A stretch of DNA of 64,000 bases. It comes from Flaccisagitta enflata. Its lineage: Eukaryota. Position 1 is the first letter of the stretch, and each line of letters starts with the position of its first letter. This document shows positions 28,170 to 40,009 of this stretch, one piece after another. The notes beneath the pieces are model-generated. The model saw only the letters and a list, made by a program, of their open reading frames with translations. It did no database searches and was not told the origin of the DNA. A program made the position numbers and the translations under genes. The DNA lies in assembly GCA_965153355.1 (NCBI GenBank), contig OZ231126.1, forward strand, positions 18,104,001 to 18,168,000, read 5' to 3'.

Positions 28170-28572
28170 AATGCCCAAAAACGACACAAATGACTTAAAT
28201 GAACAAAGTGACGTAAATGATCAAAAATGACCAAAAATGACTAAAAGCAACCAAAAATGACCAAAAACAACAAAAACATGACTCAAAATAACCCCAGACG
28301 ACCCAAAATGACAAAAAATGACACAAAAAAGAAAAGTGTTACCGACCAATAGACCAACCGATGGACCGGCCGAGTGACGTAAATGTTCAAAAATGACTAA
28401 AAGCAACCTAAAATGACCAAAAACAACCAAAAAAATGACTCAAAATAACTTCAGACGACCCAAAATGACCAAAAACGACGCAAAAAAGCTAAGTGTTACC
28501 GACCGACGGACCGACCGACGGACGGACCGACCGACGGAGCGGGTTGTAGAGTCGCGTGCACGCGACTAAAAA
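28170..28572 (-). mobile_element. 5' portion of the long family-B Helentron-like element
   Basis: Reverse complement of ~54168-54450 (TTTTTAGTCGCGTGCACGCGACTCTACAACCCGCT...GGTAACACTT...TGGTCATTTT). Confidence 0.8.
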
Positions 28573-28574
28573 TA

Positions 28575-28636
28575 ACGTACTGATTCGTGTCACCATCTTT
28601 TCCTGATCGGAAACGTGGAGTCGCTGCGCAAGATTC
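28575..28636 (+). repeat. 62-bp direct repeat, right copy
   Basis: Identical to 17563-17624. Confidence 0.95.
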
Positions 28637-31184
28637 TTAGGTGGAACCTGTTGCGTTCTAGATTAAACTTAAATTTAAAGAACCTTTTGCGAGAGAAACA
28701 AGGCCAAGTAGGCCAATAAGGTGCGACGTGTGGATGATCAAACGAATGCGTTACAACCGGCAGTCACAGCCAGTTATAGAGTTGCTTTGTCGCTCCTAAA
28801 AATAGGATGTGAATGCCATCAAAATCTTTTTATGGTGGGTTAAAGAAATTTTGGCGAACGTTCAACTGATGATTTTCACTAAAAAGTTGTAAGTTGCGTG
28901 CTGCTAGTCACTTATTCAGTTAGTTGGTTGATTCGCTATTAGTTTGGACCAATCGTCGGTAGGTTGATGAGTCACAAATTTTTTTTCTTGGCTTTCACCG
29001 CTCCATCACAACCCCAGTCCGCGACTCAAAGGGTCGGTCTGTCAGCCAGTACTCTGGTCCATCAGTCTGTAACAATTTCAGGTATTTCAAGTCAATGTCA
29101 AGTGTGAGCACTTTTTGTAGGATTGCCCCTTCCCAACTGCCAGCGACTATTGCCCTGTGTCGACTTGTTTCATCTCTTTACTAGACCAAAAACGTCCACA
29201 AGACGCTCCCTGCCGAGATGAGTTTGAGAGCACCGATGACAACGGCGTCAGAAAGAACATTCAGCGATAAATGCGTTGTGGTGGTGGGAATTTGCATGAC
29301 TCTGTCATTTATGGCTTTGGTAGCTGCCATAACAGTTACCGGATATTTTCGAGGTACCCCAAAAGGTTTTTTTTTCATTCTGCTTCATCAAAAAATAAAC
29401 ATTTGAGAGTGGCACATGGGTAGCAGTACCCGTTGCCATTGTAATCAGCTGGAGGAATGAAGGAGGAGCAAGGCAGCGGCCCAGAAGGATTTTTGTCCTG
29501 TAGAATACATGGGTAAATTTTCATATGTTTTGAGGGGCCACTTGTGAGAACTCAACCGATGAAAGGCTTCAACGGCTCATTTGATACTAGGGAGGTGGGA
29601 AGGCAGCTTTGATAGTAAGGGGTCAAATGAGACCTTGGGGAGCTCATTTGGGGCCAGAATGAGCTGATTTGAAGCTAGGGGGTATACACAGAATTACGGA
29701 TGAGTTTCTGCATATTCACCCGCTGTCCATCAAAAACCGCACATACTAGACATGTATGATTCGTCCCCACTAAAGAGGTAACGCTTACTCTTAACTTTCT
29801 TTTATTAGAAACTTCGAAGCCCGATATAGTCCAAAATATTCACGGTTTGTCTGGCCCATCGGGAAAAGATGGTGACGACGGAGTTCAAGGTCCGCCTGGG
29901 CAACGAGGACAGCGAGGACTCCCCGGACCCAATGGTGCCAGCGGGGCGCCTGGGCCTCGAGGGCAACAAGGTCCATCGGGGCCTCAAGGTGTGAGAGGAC
30001 TACCCGGAGACCGTGGCGCGCAGGGACCACCTGGCTCGAGCGGAAAATTAGTTGGTAAGGTGTTCAAAATACGCGAGCTGAAATACTGCCCTCATGATGC
30101 CCATAAATGTCAACAAGGCCGTATACACTCCCCCCCAGTTGCGGACGGGTGGGCGGTAGCGGATACAGAAATAAGACGTGACCGACCGACCGACCGACCG
30201 ACACGGCAAGTTCTCGAGTCGCATGTCCGCGACTAAAAAGGCAAAGTGTTACTGACTAACCAACCAAGCGATGGACCGAGCGACCGTAAAAGCAACTCAT
30301 TATGTCGCTTGTCACGCGACTTAAATAGGAAATTATGAACTTATAAATGATAAGCATGTTTATTGTCAGTTCAATATCTCCCGATCGGTTATCACATGTA
30401 CGGATCTATTCCTCGGCATGCATTGAAGGCGCATCCGGAGAAAAAGACATGGCTGGAAGCCCGAAAAACGTGCCAGATGGACGGAGGAGATCTCATCGTG
30501 GTCGATACTCCCCTCGTCAACGATTGGCTGGCTTCCATGAACAAAACCATGGGGCGATTGTGGGTTGGCGCCACGGACGAGGTAAGGATAATCGCCGTAA
30601 GAAGAGTGAGTTGTATAAAAGCGAAAATGATAGGTAAAATGCCTAGATGAAGTCATGACGTTTGTTCTCAGAATTGTGATGTATATAAAATGTTTCTCTA
30701 CATTTTATCATACATTTATTTTTGAAGACTTGCCAATATTTTCATACAGTTCCAATGAACGCCACAAAATATAAGTTTTTCTGTCATTCCACTTCTACCT
30801 GATGTGTTACGATAGAGGATAACTTTTTTCGTGAACTAACGGTAAGAGTGGTATTACTAGTAAGTAACAATGCACTACCATTAAATTGAATAAGTAAAAT
30901 TTTGTGTTATGTCGTCTGTTTATAAATTGAAACGGTATGAATCATACTGCATATACGTAGTGACTTTTCAGCAACAACATTTCGAAATTCTTCCTTTTTA
31001 CTAAAATTTTAGTAAAGAATTGTTCTCTCAGGAAAAAAAGGACTTCGCTCAAAAATGGTTCCACTTTCCCAACTTCCAGACGTGGGAATAAAGAACATTT
31101 TCCCCTCATTAAGTGCAAAGGCATAAATATCCTTCTGTCTTTTCCGTTTTCTAATTTACAATTATTTTTACGCCTTAATAGCAG

Positions 31185-31268
<84 letters not shown>

Positions 31269-31609
31269 TTTTACCCACTGAATGAAATGTATGTACACAC
31301 GAGTAGCTGACTTGTCATCCTTCTTACTGCATATTGCAATACATATCATATTGGCAATAACCAACATTCTAATGTATTTACATGAAAAACGATAACCTAT
31401 CCTTTCATGAGAACTTTAATAGAAGTAATTCAGTCCTTCATTTATATATCTATTTATTTATCTACTGGCTTATTTATTTGTTTATTTGTTCATTCATTTA
31501 TTTATTCACTATTGTATTTATATATTCATTTACTTAATTATATCTTTTTTTGTATGTCTCAGGTAAATGAAGGAACGTGGGTATGGACGAATGGGTCCTC
31601 TGTGGTCAC

Positions 31610-32190
31610 TAGAGGGAGTAAAAGATGAGTTTTTTTGGAAAAAAACCTCGTATAAGTGATAAATGTTTGTGGTTGTAATACTTTTGAAAGTAGAAACTTG
31701 CAAAAATCGATTTATCCCGCCGCTATCTACTTCGCTCCAGTCTCTAACTGGGTGACTGTCGTGATCATGACAACATTTTTAGTTGCGGACACGCAACTCT
31801 ATAAGAGGCTTTGTCCGTCTGTCCGTCCGTCCGTCGGTCGGTTGGTCGGTTGGTCGGTCCGTGGTGATCGAGTTGAAAAGTGGGAAAACGGGCATTTCTG
31901 CCCCTGCCCACCCGTCCGCAACTGATGGCCGTGTATCCGGCCTTGTTTCAACCATAACCTCTGACCTTTGAACGGCTGTCAAATCTTAACGAAATGAGAT
32001 ATTGACATGCGGTTTTCACCACTAGATAGCTCTTGAGCCGAAGTTTTATCTGCTTATGGATTTGAAGTTGATTTTCGAGTTCTAAGTGGCATAATTTTTG
32101 GGGCAAAATGACTACAGAAGTTAGTTTTTTATCCAATCAAAATATCTTCTTAATTGAACTAAATAGGCTCGACACTCATTTGAAAACACA

Positions 32191-32266
<76 letters not shown>

Positions 32267-35200
32267 CAGAAACAGAAACAGAAACAGAAATGCTTCAACT
32301 TCTTGAAACAAATTTGTAAAGCGCATGGAACATTTTTTTGCACATTTCATAACAACAAGCCCAACAGGCCAACAGTCGCGTGCTTCGTTTTACAGTAACA
32401 CGCCACTGCATGCTCACTTTTCCTTCCTTCATTCCTTCCTTCCTTCTTTCCTTCCTGCCTTCCTGCCTTCCTCCGTCCCTCTGTCCCTCCCTCCCTACCT
32501 TCCTTCCATTTTTTCTTTCCTTCATTCCATTCTTTCTTTCCTTCCTTCTTCCCTCCCTCCCTCCTTTCCTTCTGTCCTTCCTCCCCTCCAAGGCCGTGCG
32601 ATATGGGTTGGTATTATATCGATACAATATAGATACAATATTGACACAATGCTGATATACAATGAAACCCTGCTTGAACAAGTTTCAAGGCACCAGGCCC
32701 TCTTTTCTGTAAGAGGCGGAAATCCATTAGAGCCATTTCGACTGTGCCATTGAAATTTCATAAATCACATTCAAAATGAGAAATGTAAAATCTTTTTCAA
32801 AAATAAAAAGGCGCTCTGTTGCATTAGTCCAGAGGAAAAAAATATTTTTGTTAATCATTTTAAAGAAAAACATTTTTAGTCGTTGATTGCAGACTCTACA
32901 CCTTGCCGTTTTGGTTGGTAGGTCCGTTGGGCCGTCGCACTAAGGGCCACAGATTGCGCTAGATGGCTCCTTGGGTATTTGAGTGAAAATTTTCATCTCT
33001 GCTATATGACTCAAACTAAGTGGAAAGGTCATAGTAGTATTTGAGCATATATTACCGGTCGATATGACAGGTTTTATGGTGATTTAGAGTGGAAAAAAGC
33101 GACTTAAAAAGACATTACTAGGAAAAATGATAAATTTCAAGAAAAATCAATAAATTCTTTTGATTAGCTGTTAAGAATACAAAAAACTCTAATAACTTTT
33201 ATATTGGATTGGATTCCTTCATTGATGTTAACATGTCTAGAAAAATTTAAAAAAGCATCATTTTTTACATTTTTAGCACTAATAAATTAATTTACTATTA
33301 CTACATATTTGACCTAATTTGCATGCTTTTATTACCCTATGAATAAAAAAAATCGCACAAGGACGCACAATGAGCGACTTATGCCAAAATGTAGCTCAAG
33401 GGGTCCTGAATCCAGAATGCTATGGCTCATGCCGTGCTTTGCCGTGCTTATTGCGATTTTCTAGGCCTAAAATGGACAAGTAATAATATGGACAAAAGTA
33501 AAAATCTGTATTTGATTGAAAGAAAAATGAGCTAAATGAGCAAAAAAATGATTTTTTTTGATTGCCTTATTATGGACTCTTATAAAACAAAAACAAAAAT
33601 TTTACTGATTTGGTCATAACTTAAAACAATTTAGATACTAAATGTAAGAGAGTTTTGCAGTATTTTTCACTTGATTTTCTCCAATTTCTCTTCTTTTGTA
33701 TCCTGAGCTCCAAAAGCTTTTAGTCCAATAGAAATGTGTTAACATTGGGTATTAAAAGTTTCTTAACATCTGGAAATATGCAGAAAAATGTTCTTTACTC
33801 TGTATATTTCATAAGGGATAACATTATGGAAAAGATGTATTGTTAATCCCCAATGAGCCACCTAACTATGGCAAAAAAAAAGCGAACAGTTACTTCTTTT
33901 GCCTATAAATCCTTTGAAAATTCACCCAGTGTGCTGAAGTTTTTACTGGAGTTACTTTTTGGTATTATTAAGCATCACTGAAAAAATCGATGTCCTGCTC
34001 CAAATAGTTTAGGAATTATAAATTTTTTAAAAGTGCTTGTCCAATGATCAGAAATTCAACGTACACACATAAGAATTTTCAAAGAATGAATAAACAAATT
34101 TTAAAAAACCGCACTAAATCTAGTACAATTTTGATGAAATTTGAAGTGGAAGTAGACCGCATTGTTAGTAGGCTGTGGTAAAAATTTCATAACGAAACTC
34201 TGATTATTTTAGCAGAAACAGCAAATTTTCCAAAACTTTTTTTTATGGGTTTAAGAATGAAGTTAATGAAGATGAAACCTGAAATATAAAGTAATGCTAT
34301 GGCCATAGTTTTTTACCGATTATCATAATTTTTTAACTGGTAACTTTTGTACATATGAGTAATCTCCAGTAAAATTTTTGTGAAGATGGAAGCATTTTTA
34401 GTCTCCCAAATTGCAAAAATATTCTTACAGGTAGCTGAATATTTCTTATCCTGAGCAAGCTTACAATCAACCAATATCTACCCCACTAGACTTTATCTGA
34501 GTAGAAGCGAATTTTGCCTAGTATTAGTAAATAGCACCATCAGACTACAGTTCAAAAATCATAACAAAACTCCCAAAACTGTTTGCACAATGCTAATTTT
34601 ACTAAAAATGGAATTATTTTGATTTAGGATAAGTGTCATCGCTGGCAGTCAAAAAATGAAGTGACTTCAGTAAAAACATAATAACGGCTATTCAACGGAT
34701 TTTGATGAAATCTTAACCAGACATAGTCCAAATCATGGTTATCATTCCCTGTAAATTTTGTGCAAATCGGTCAACATCTTCTTATTTTTTTGCTCTCTCA
34801 AAATTCGTTCGCTTTTTTATTTTGCCATAGTTAGCGCACAATTCAGCCCACAGTGCGTCGGTCTATCCATCCGTCCGTCCGTAGCATTTTTGAATTGCGA
34901 GCGATTTTTGCATTACTGCTCCTGCCCAACTCTCCACAACTGGATTGCCGTGTATCCGGCCTTGTTTTTTTATAGAGAAAAAAACGATTCATTTTGCTAC
35001 CTTTTTTTCCTTTCTCTTTTTTTTAGTCGCGTGTTACGTGACTGCACCCCGCTATGTCCGTCCATCCATGGGTAGGTTGGTCAGAGGGTCCCCATTTTGG
35101 GCAGCGGCCCCACAGGGGACAATGTCCTGTAGATTATGCTGGTACTTTCGTTCATTCTTCCATCTGTCCATCCATCCTTGCCCCCCCCCCCCCCGCCTAT

Positions 35201-36997
35201 AGGCTCAGATTCCAGCCTGAAGGCTCAAATCCCAGCCTGGAGGCCAAAATCCAGCATGGAGGCTCAAGTCCCAGCTTGGAAGCTTAAATCTCAGCCTAAT
35301 AGCTCAAATACCAGCTTCAAGGCCAAATCCTGGCTTCTTGGCTCGAATCCTAGCCTTGAGGCTAAAATCCCGGCCTCAAGGTTTAAATGTCAGTCTCACA
35401 AACTCAATCAAGCAGAAGACTCCTTTGGGGCCGCTGGCTAACCATCACCTACGAATACCAACATACAAAGCAGGGCAACAGGTATCGCTGACCACATACA
35501 ATATTACTACTTAAAAATAATAAAAAACGATCGAGTACATGGGTTTTGAGCACATGAGGGGGAAAACATACCAGTGGTTATAGATTTTTCTTTTTCGGTG
35601 TTTTGAGCTCACTGCTCCTGCAAAAATGCCCCCGTGACCCTCTCTATCACTGCCCCTGCTCACCCTCACAGGATTTTTAGTTGCAGACATGCAACTCTAA
35701 AATAGTCGCAAAAGCATTACATGGTCAGCAGTACCTGTTGCCCCTTTGTGAGTATATGTGTGTTTTGGTGAGATGGGCAGCGGGCCCAGAAAGGGCTAAT
35801 GACCTATGCTTAGTAAGTTTTGAGGCTTAAGGTTGGAAATTGAGCCTTGATGTTGGGATATGAGCCTCTGGGCTGGACTTTGAGCCTTGAAGCTGGATAT
35901 TGAGCCTAGAGGCTAGATTTTGAGCCTTGAGGCTGAAATTTGAGGCTTGAAGCTGGGTTTTGAACCTCAAGGCTGGGTTTTGAGTCTTGAGGCTGGAATT
36001 TGAGCCGGGGATAGGGGCATCCAACCCCCATCCATACCTCATGCTCCCCACACATACACAAAAACCATCTAAATCGCTCATTTTAGCACTTTTCGACTCG
36101 TGTCCATGGACCGACGATGGACGGACAAAGCCTCTTATAGAGTTGCATGTCCGCAACTAAAAATTTGCATTCAAGCCAAAATTTTGTTACAGGTGGAACT
36201 GGTTTAAACAAATTCTTTTTACAAGAAAACTAAAAGAAATAAGTTGGTACTTAAGCTTTCCATGCATAGAAGGTGGTTAAATTAGTACCTAAAGTTCTCA
36301 AAAGTACCCTTTAGTACCCTGAATTACTCTTAAATACCCTAAAGTACCTTAAGTACCTAGAGTACTTTAAAGTACCCTAAAGTACCCTTATGTACCCTTT
36401 AGTACCTCAAATTATCCAAAAAAACAAAAAATTCAAAAATATTTGTAACATGCCAACCGATGTACTGACCAACAGACCAAGGTAGAGTTAAGTGCACGCC
36501 ACTAAAAAGTGTCATTTCAATAATTCAACACTCCAGTACAAAAATATGATTAGATAATGAATAATGTTTGTTAAATGCTTTTGTCCTAAACTTGTGAGTT
36601 TGCGCAAGGGAGTGACTGAACAAAAGTGTGAGTGAATACCCTCTGAAAACAACATCAACTTTGGAAGCCTGTTGCTCCTAAACGAATGAAGCTACATACC
36701 TCAACTTAGGCTCATTTTAAAGAGCTGTGTCAGCTCTTTAAAATGAGCCCAAGATGAGGTCACTAGCTCAATTCATTTCGGAGATATAAGCTTTTGAAGT
36801 TACCCCTTTTGGTCAGAAGTGATTTCACCATGAAAATCACTTCAATCATTTTAAAGTGGAGTAGGAGCTGGAGCGAAGTGGTTAGAAACGGGAGAAATCG
36901 ATTTTTTCAAGTTTCTACATTAAAAATTATTGCAACCTTACACATTTATCACCTATACGAGTATTTTTTCCAAATTATCCATCTTTTACTCCCTCTA
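31610..36997. mobile_element. hAT-like non-autonomous DNA transposon (5.4 kb, with nested insertions) inside a coding exon
   Basis: TIR TAGAGGGAGTAAAAGATG / CATCTTTTACTCCCTCTA, with imperfect inverted similarity continuing ~130 bp. 8-bp TSD GTGGTCAC (31602-31609) / CTGGTCAC (36998-37005). A YAGNG terminus plus 8-bp TSD is typical of hAT. Confidence 0.85.
32938..34855. mobile_element. Transib-like non-autonomous element (1918 bp)
   Basis: CAC...GTG termini with imperfect TIRs (CACTAAGGGC..TGCGCTA..ATGGC vs CACTGTGGGC..TGCGCTA..ATGGC) and a perfect GC-rich 5-bp TSD CGTCG (32933-32937, 34856-34860). It is inserted in a Helentron-like repeat. AT-rich interior, no transposase ORF. Confidence 0.8.
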
Positions 36998-37424
36998 CTG
37001 GTCACACTCTATTGGTATCCTGGTCAACCTGATAACGGCGGAGGCAGACAGCACTGCCTCGTTGTCAATTTCCATGAACCGGGGAAATGGGACGATGAAA
37101 CCCGCACGAGGCCTTTGCCTTTTGTCTGCCAAATCGATTTGAATGTGTAAATCAAAATTCTCGCGCTGTGATCCAGATTGCTAAAAATTGCTCAATGATT
37201 GCAGATTGCTCAATGAAATACCAAATTTTGCATATTTTGAAATTGTACGATATCAAAGTGATCGCTTTAGTGATAGGCGAGGTGCGCGAAAAATGGAGCC
37301 AATTTATGTAACCCTTTATTCTATTATCCTGTTGTTTGCAGTTGCGGACGCGCCTCTCCATGAGTTCCTTTGTCTGTTGGTCCGCTTGTCTGTTGGTACG
37401 TCCGTTGGTCCGTAGACATGCTTT

Positions 37425-37995
37425 TTCGGCAGCGGCCCCAAAGAGCCGATGTCCTGTAGGACACAGGTGTGAATTTCCAGATGTCCGTCCGTCGGTATGT
37501 CCATCCGTCCGTCCGTCCGTCTGTCTGTCCCCCCCCCCCGCCAAAGCTTCAGAGCCTTATGTTCCCATTGAATAACATGGAAAATCGAAGAAATGCAAAA
37601 TTACAATTGAATAACATGAAAAATGGCTAAAGAAATGAAAAAAATATGAAATTCCCATTGAATAACATGGAAAATTTACTGGAAGTTAAAAATATAGGAG
37701 ATCCCTATTGAATAACATGGAAAATTGACAAAATTTTGGAATTAATGCAAAATTCTGATTGAATAACATGGAAAATTGACAGTGAAATGGAAAAATATTC
37801 AATGTTCTTATTGAATAACAGGGAAAGTAGCCACCAAAGACCTCAAATGTGCCTTCTCAGGCAGCTGGAAATTCACCCCTGTGTCCTTCAGGACATCAGC
37901 CCTTTGGGGCCGCTGCCCTGCTCTCACTCCACTTCTGCAGCTTATCATTCCAAGCAGGGCATCGGGTACCGCTGACCATGTGCGATCCTTGGATG
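37425..37995 (+). mobile_element. Family C interspersed element with internal minisatellite
   Basis: Ends GGCAGCGGCCCC..GATGTCCTGTAGGACAC and GGGCATCGGGTACCGCTGACCATG enclose (TTGAATAACATGGAAAA)-type repeats. A close copy lies at ~59603-60260; relatives are at ~35097-35495 (21-bp repeats) and ~22199-22345. Confidence 0.7.
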
Positions 37996-38066
37996 ACTAG
38001 TTGTGTATGGGGTTGGGGTGTAGATGGGGGACGGACCTCCCTGCCCACCCGCCCGTACTACCTAGG

Positions 38067-38638
38067 AAAAAAGTCTACGTTCACTTGAGGGAACAGTGCA
38101 TTTATGCCAAAAATGTCAACAAAACTAGGTGCTTTTTTTCTTGGCAACATCATTAGGTGTCCTGCCTAGGTTATGGCTACTTCCGTTAGGCATTGTAACA
38201 ATTTGCTGAGCCTCAACATGAATTCTAACAAGATGTGTCATGAGAACTTTCCCGTAGCTTTTTATCACCCACTCAGTTGATATCACTCATTCCTCTTATT
38301 CCAGATGCTTAATCTTGACAAAGGTTTTCAACTATTGTGACATTGGGACTTAGCGGGATAATCTTATGCCAGTGCATGAAAAATATTCATTATATCAAAG
38401 AAAATATACCAAGACAATAACATAATACTGTGTTGACAACAGCGCTCACCAAAACTGAATTGATTCTCTTTTCTCTTCATTTTTCAAAAAGACATGTCAT
38501 CTTAAAATCACTCTCATTTCTAAACGGTTAAAGCCACAAGAATGGGATTGGTCCCAAATGATAGATCTTTCGAAGTAGTTTCTGAATCTCGCCAAGAATT
38601 ATAGTAATTACTACTTAAAGGTGAACGTAGACTTTTTT
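38067..38638. mobile_element. MITE-like element with short TIRs
   Basis: AAAAAAGTCTACGTTCAC ... GTGAACGTAGACTTTTTT inverted pair. TSD not resolved. Confidence 0.5.
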
Positions 38639-39646
38639 AACGATATTGTGAATCCGCCCCCCCCCCCGTCACTTGTTTCCTTTTGCCGATCATCCCTATG
38701 TAAATAGGTATTTCATTCATCTTATTGCTGTACACCTACTCTTTCATTTGAGTCCAGGAATCACACATATTCCTCCGACATTTCAGGGGCAGTATTTCTC
38801 GCACATGATTTTTACTGAATTTTCCACTTGCGTCATTTTAATTACACACATCCCCATTTGATTATCATAATTCAATTTTGATGCACATGATTGTAATATA
38901 CGGAAAACAAATGTCGCGTGATATCGTGAAGAACTTTTGAACAAAAGTAACCAAGGAAAAATGACTCAAACGAAAAATTAAGACCAAAATACATTTTAAA
39001 AAAGCCGTTAACATGACACTTTCAAGAAGAAACTGTGGCCTTCTAAATTACAAAAAAACATCATCAGTATCACATTTGACGGACCGATTGACCGACCGAC
39101 TGACAGAGAAAGTGACCTGTAGAGTCGGATAACACGCAACAAAGAATCACTCGAATTTGCGGAGCTTTCTTATTCTATGCGTGAGAGAATTTTTACAATT
39201 TTTCGATTTATGAAAAAAATACTTTCAAATTTGATGACAGTCGTAAATTTCTTTGACTCTTCAACCTCAATTTGCGCTCCTGCCACATGTTGCTTCTTTC
39301 AACTTTTTGTAAGAATAATTCAATTTCATATAAATATATTTTTATTACTTAAGTCTTTACAAGATATTTTTAAATGGATTTCCTTATTTCATTAAATCGT
39401 GGAATACTTCAAGCAAGAGTGAAAAGCAGATAGGTCATTGATAAGATCTTTGTAATCAACGATCCATCCATATTCTAACGATGTTGTTTCGGTTTGTAAT
39501 TCATTGAAAAAGAAAGGCAGAAACAGAGATGTTGTTTCGGTTTGTAATTCATTGAAAAAGAAAGGCAGAAACAGAGAGATAGGAAAAATGAGGGACTTTC
39601 GATCAAAGCAGACAGGGAGATAATTTTCAAAAAAAATGAACATAGA

Positions 39647-39687
<41 letters not shown>

Positions 39688-39727
39688 ACGAAAGAACGAA
39701 AGAAAGAAAGAAAGAAAGAAAGAAGGA

Positions 39728-39827
<100 letters not shown>

Positions 39828-39961
39828 GAAATGAGAACGAAAAAAAGAAAGAAAAGAAGGAATGAAAATAAACAAGAAAGAGAGAAAGAGAAAAAGAAAG
39901 AAAGAAAGAAAGAAAGAAAGAATGAAAGAATGAAAGAAGGAAAGAAAGAAAGAAAGAAATA

Positions 39962-40009
<48 letters not shown>

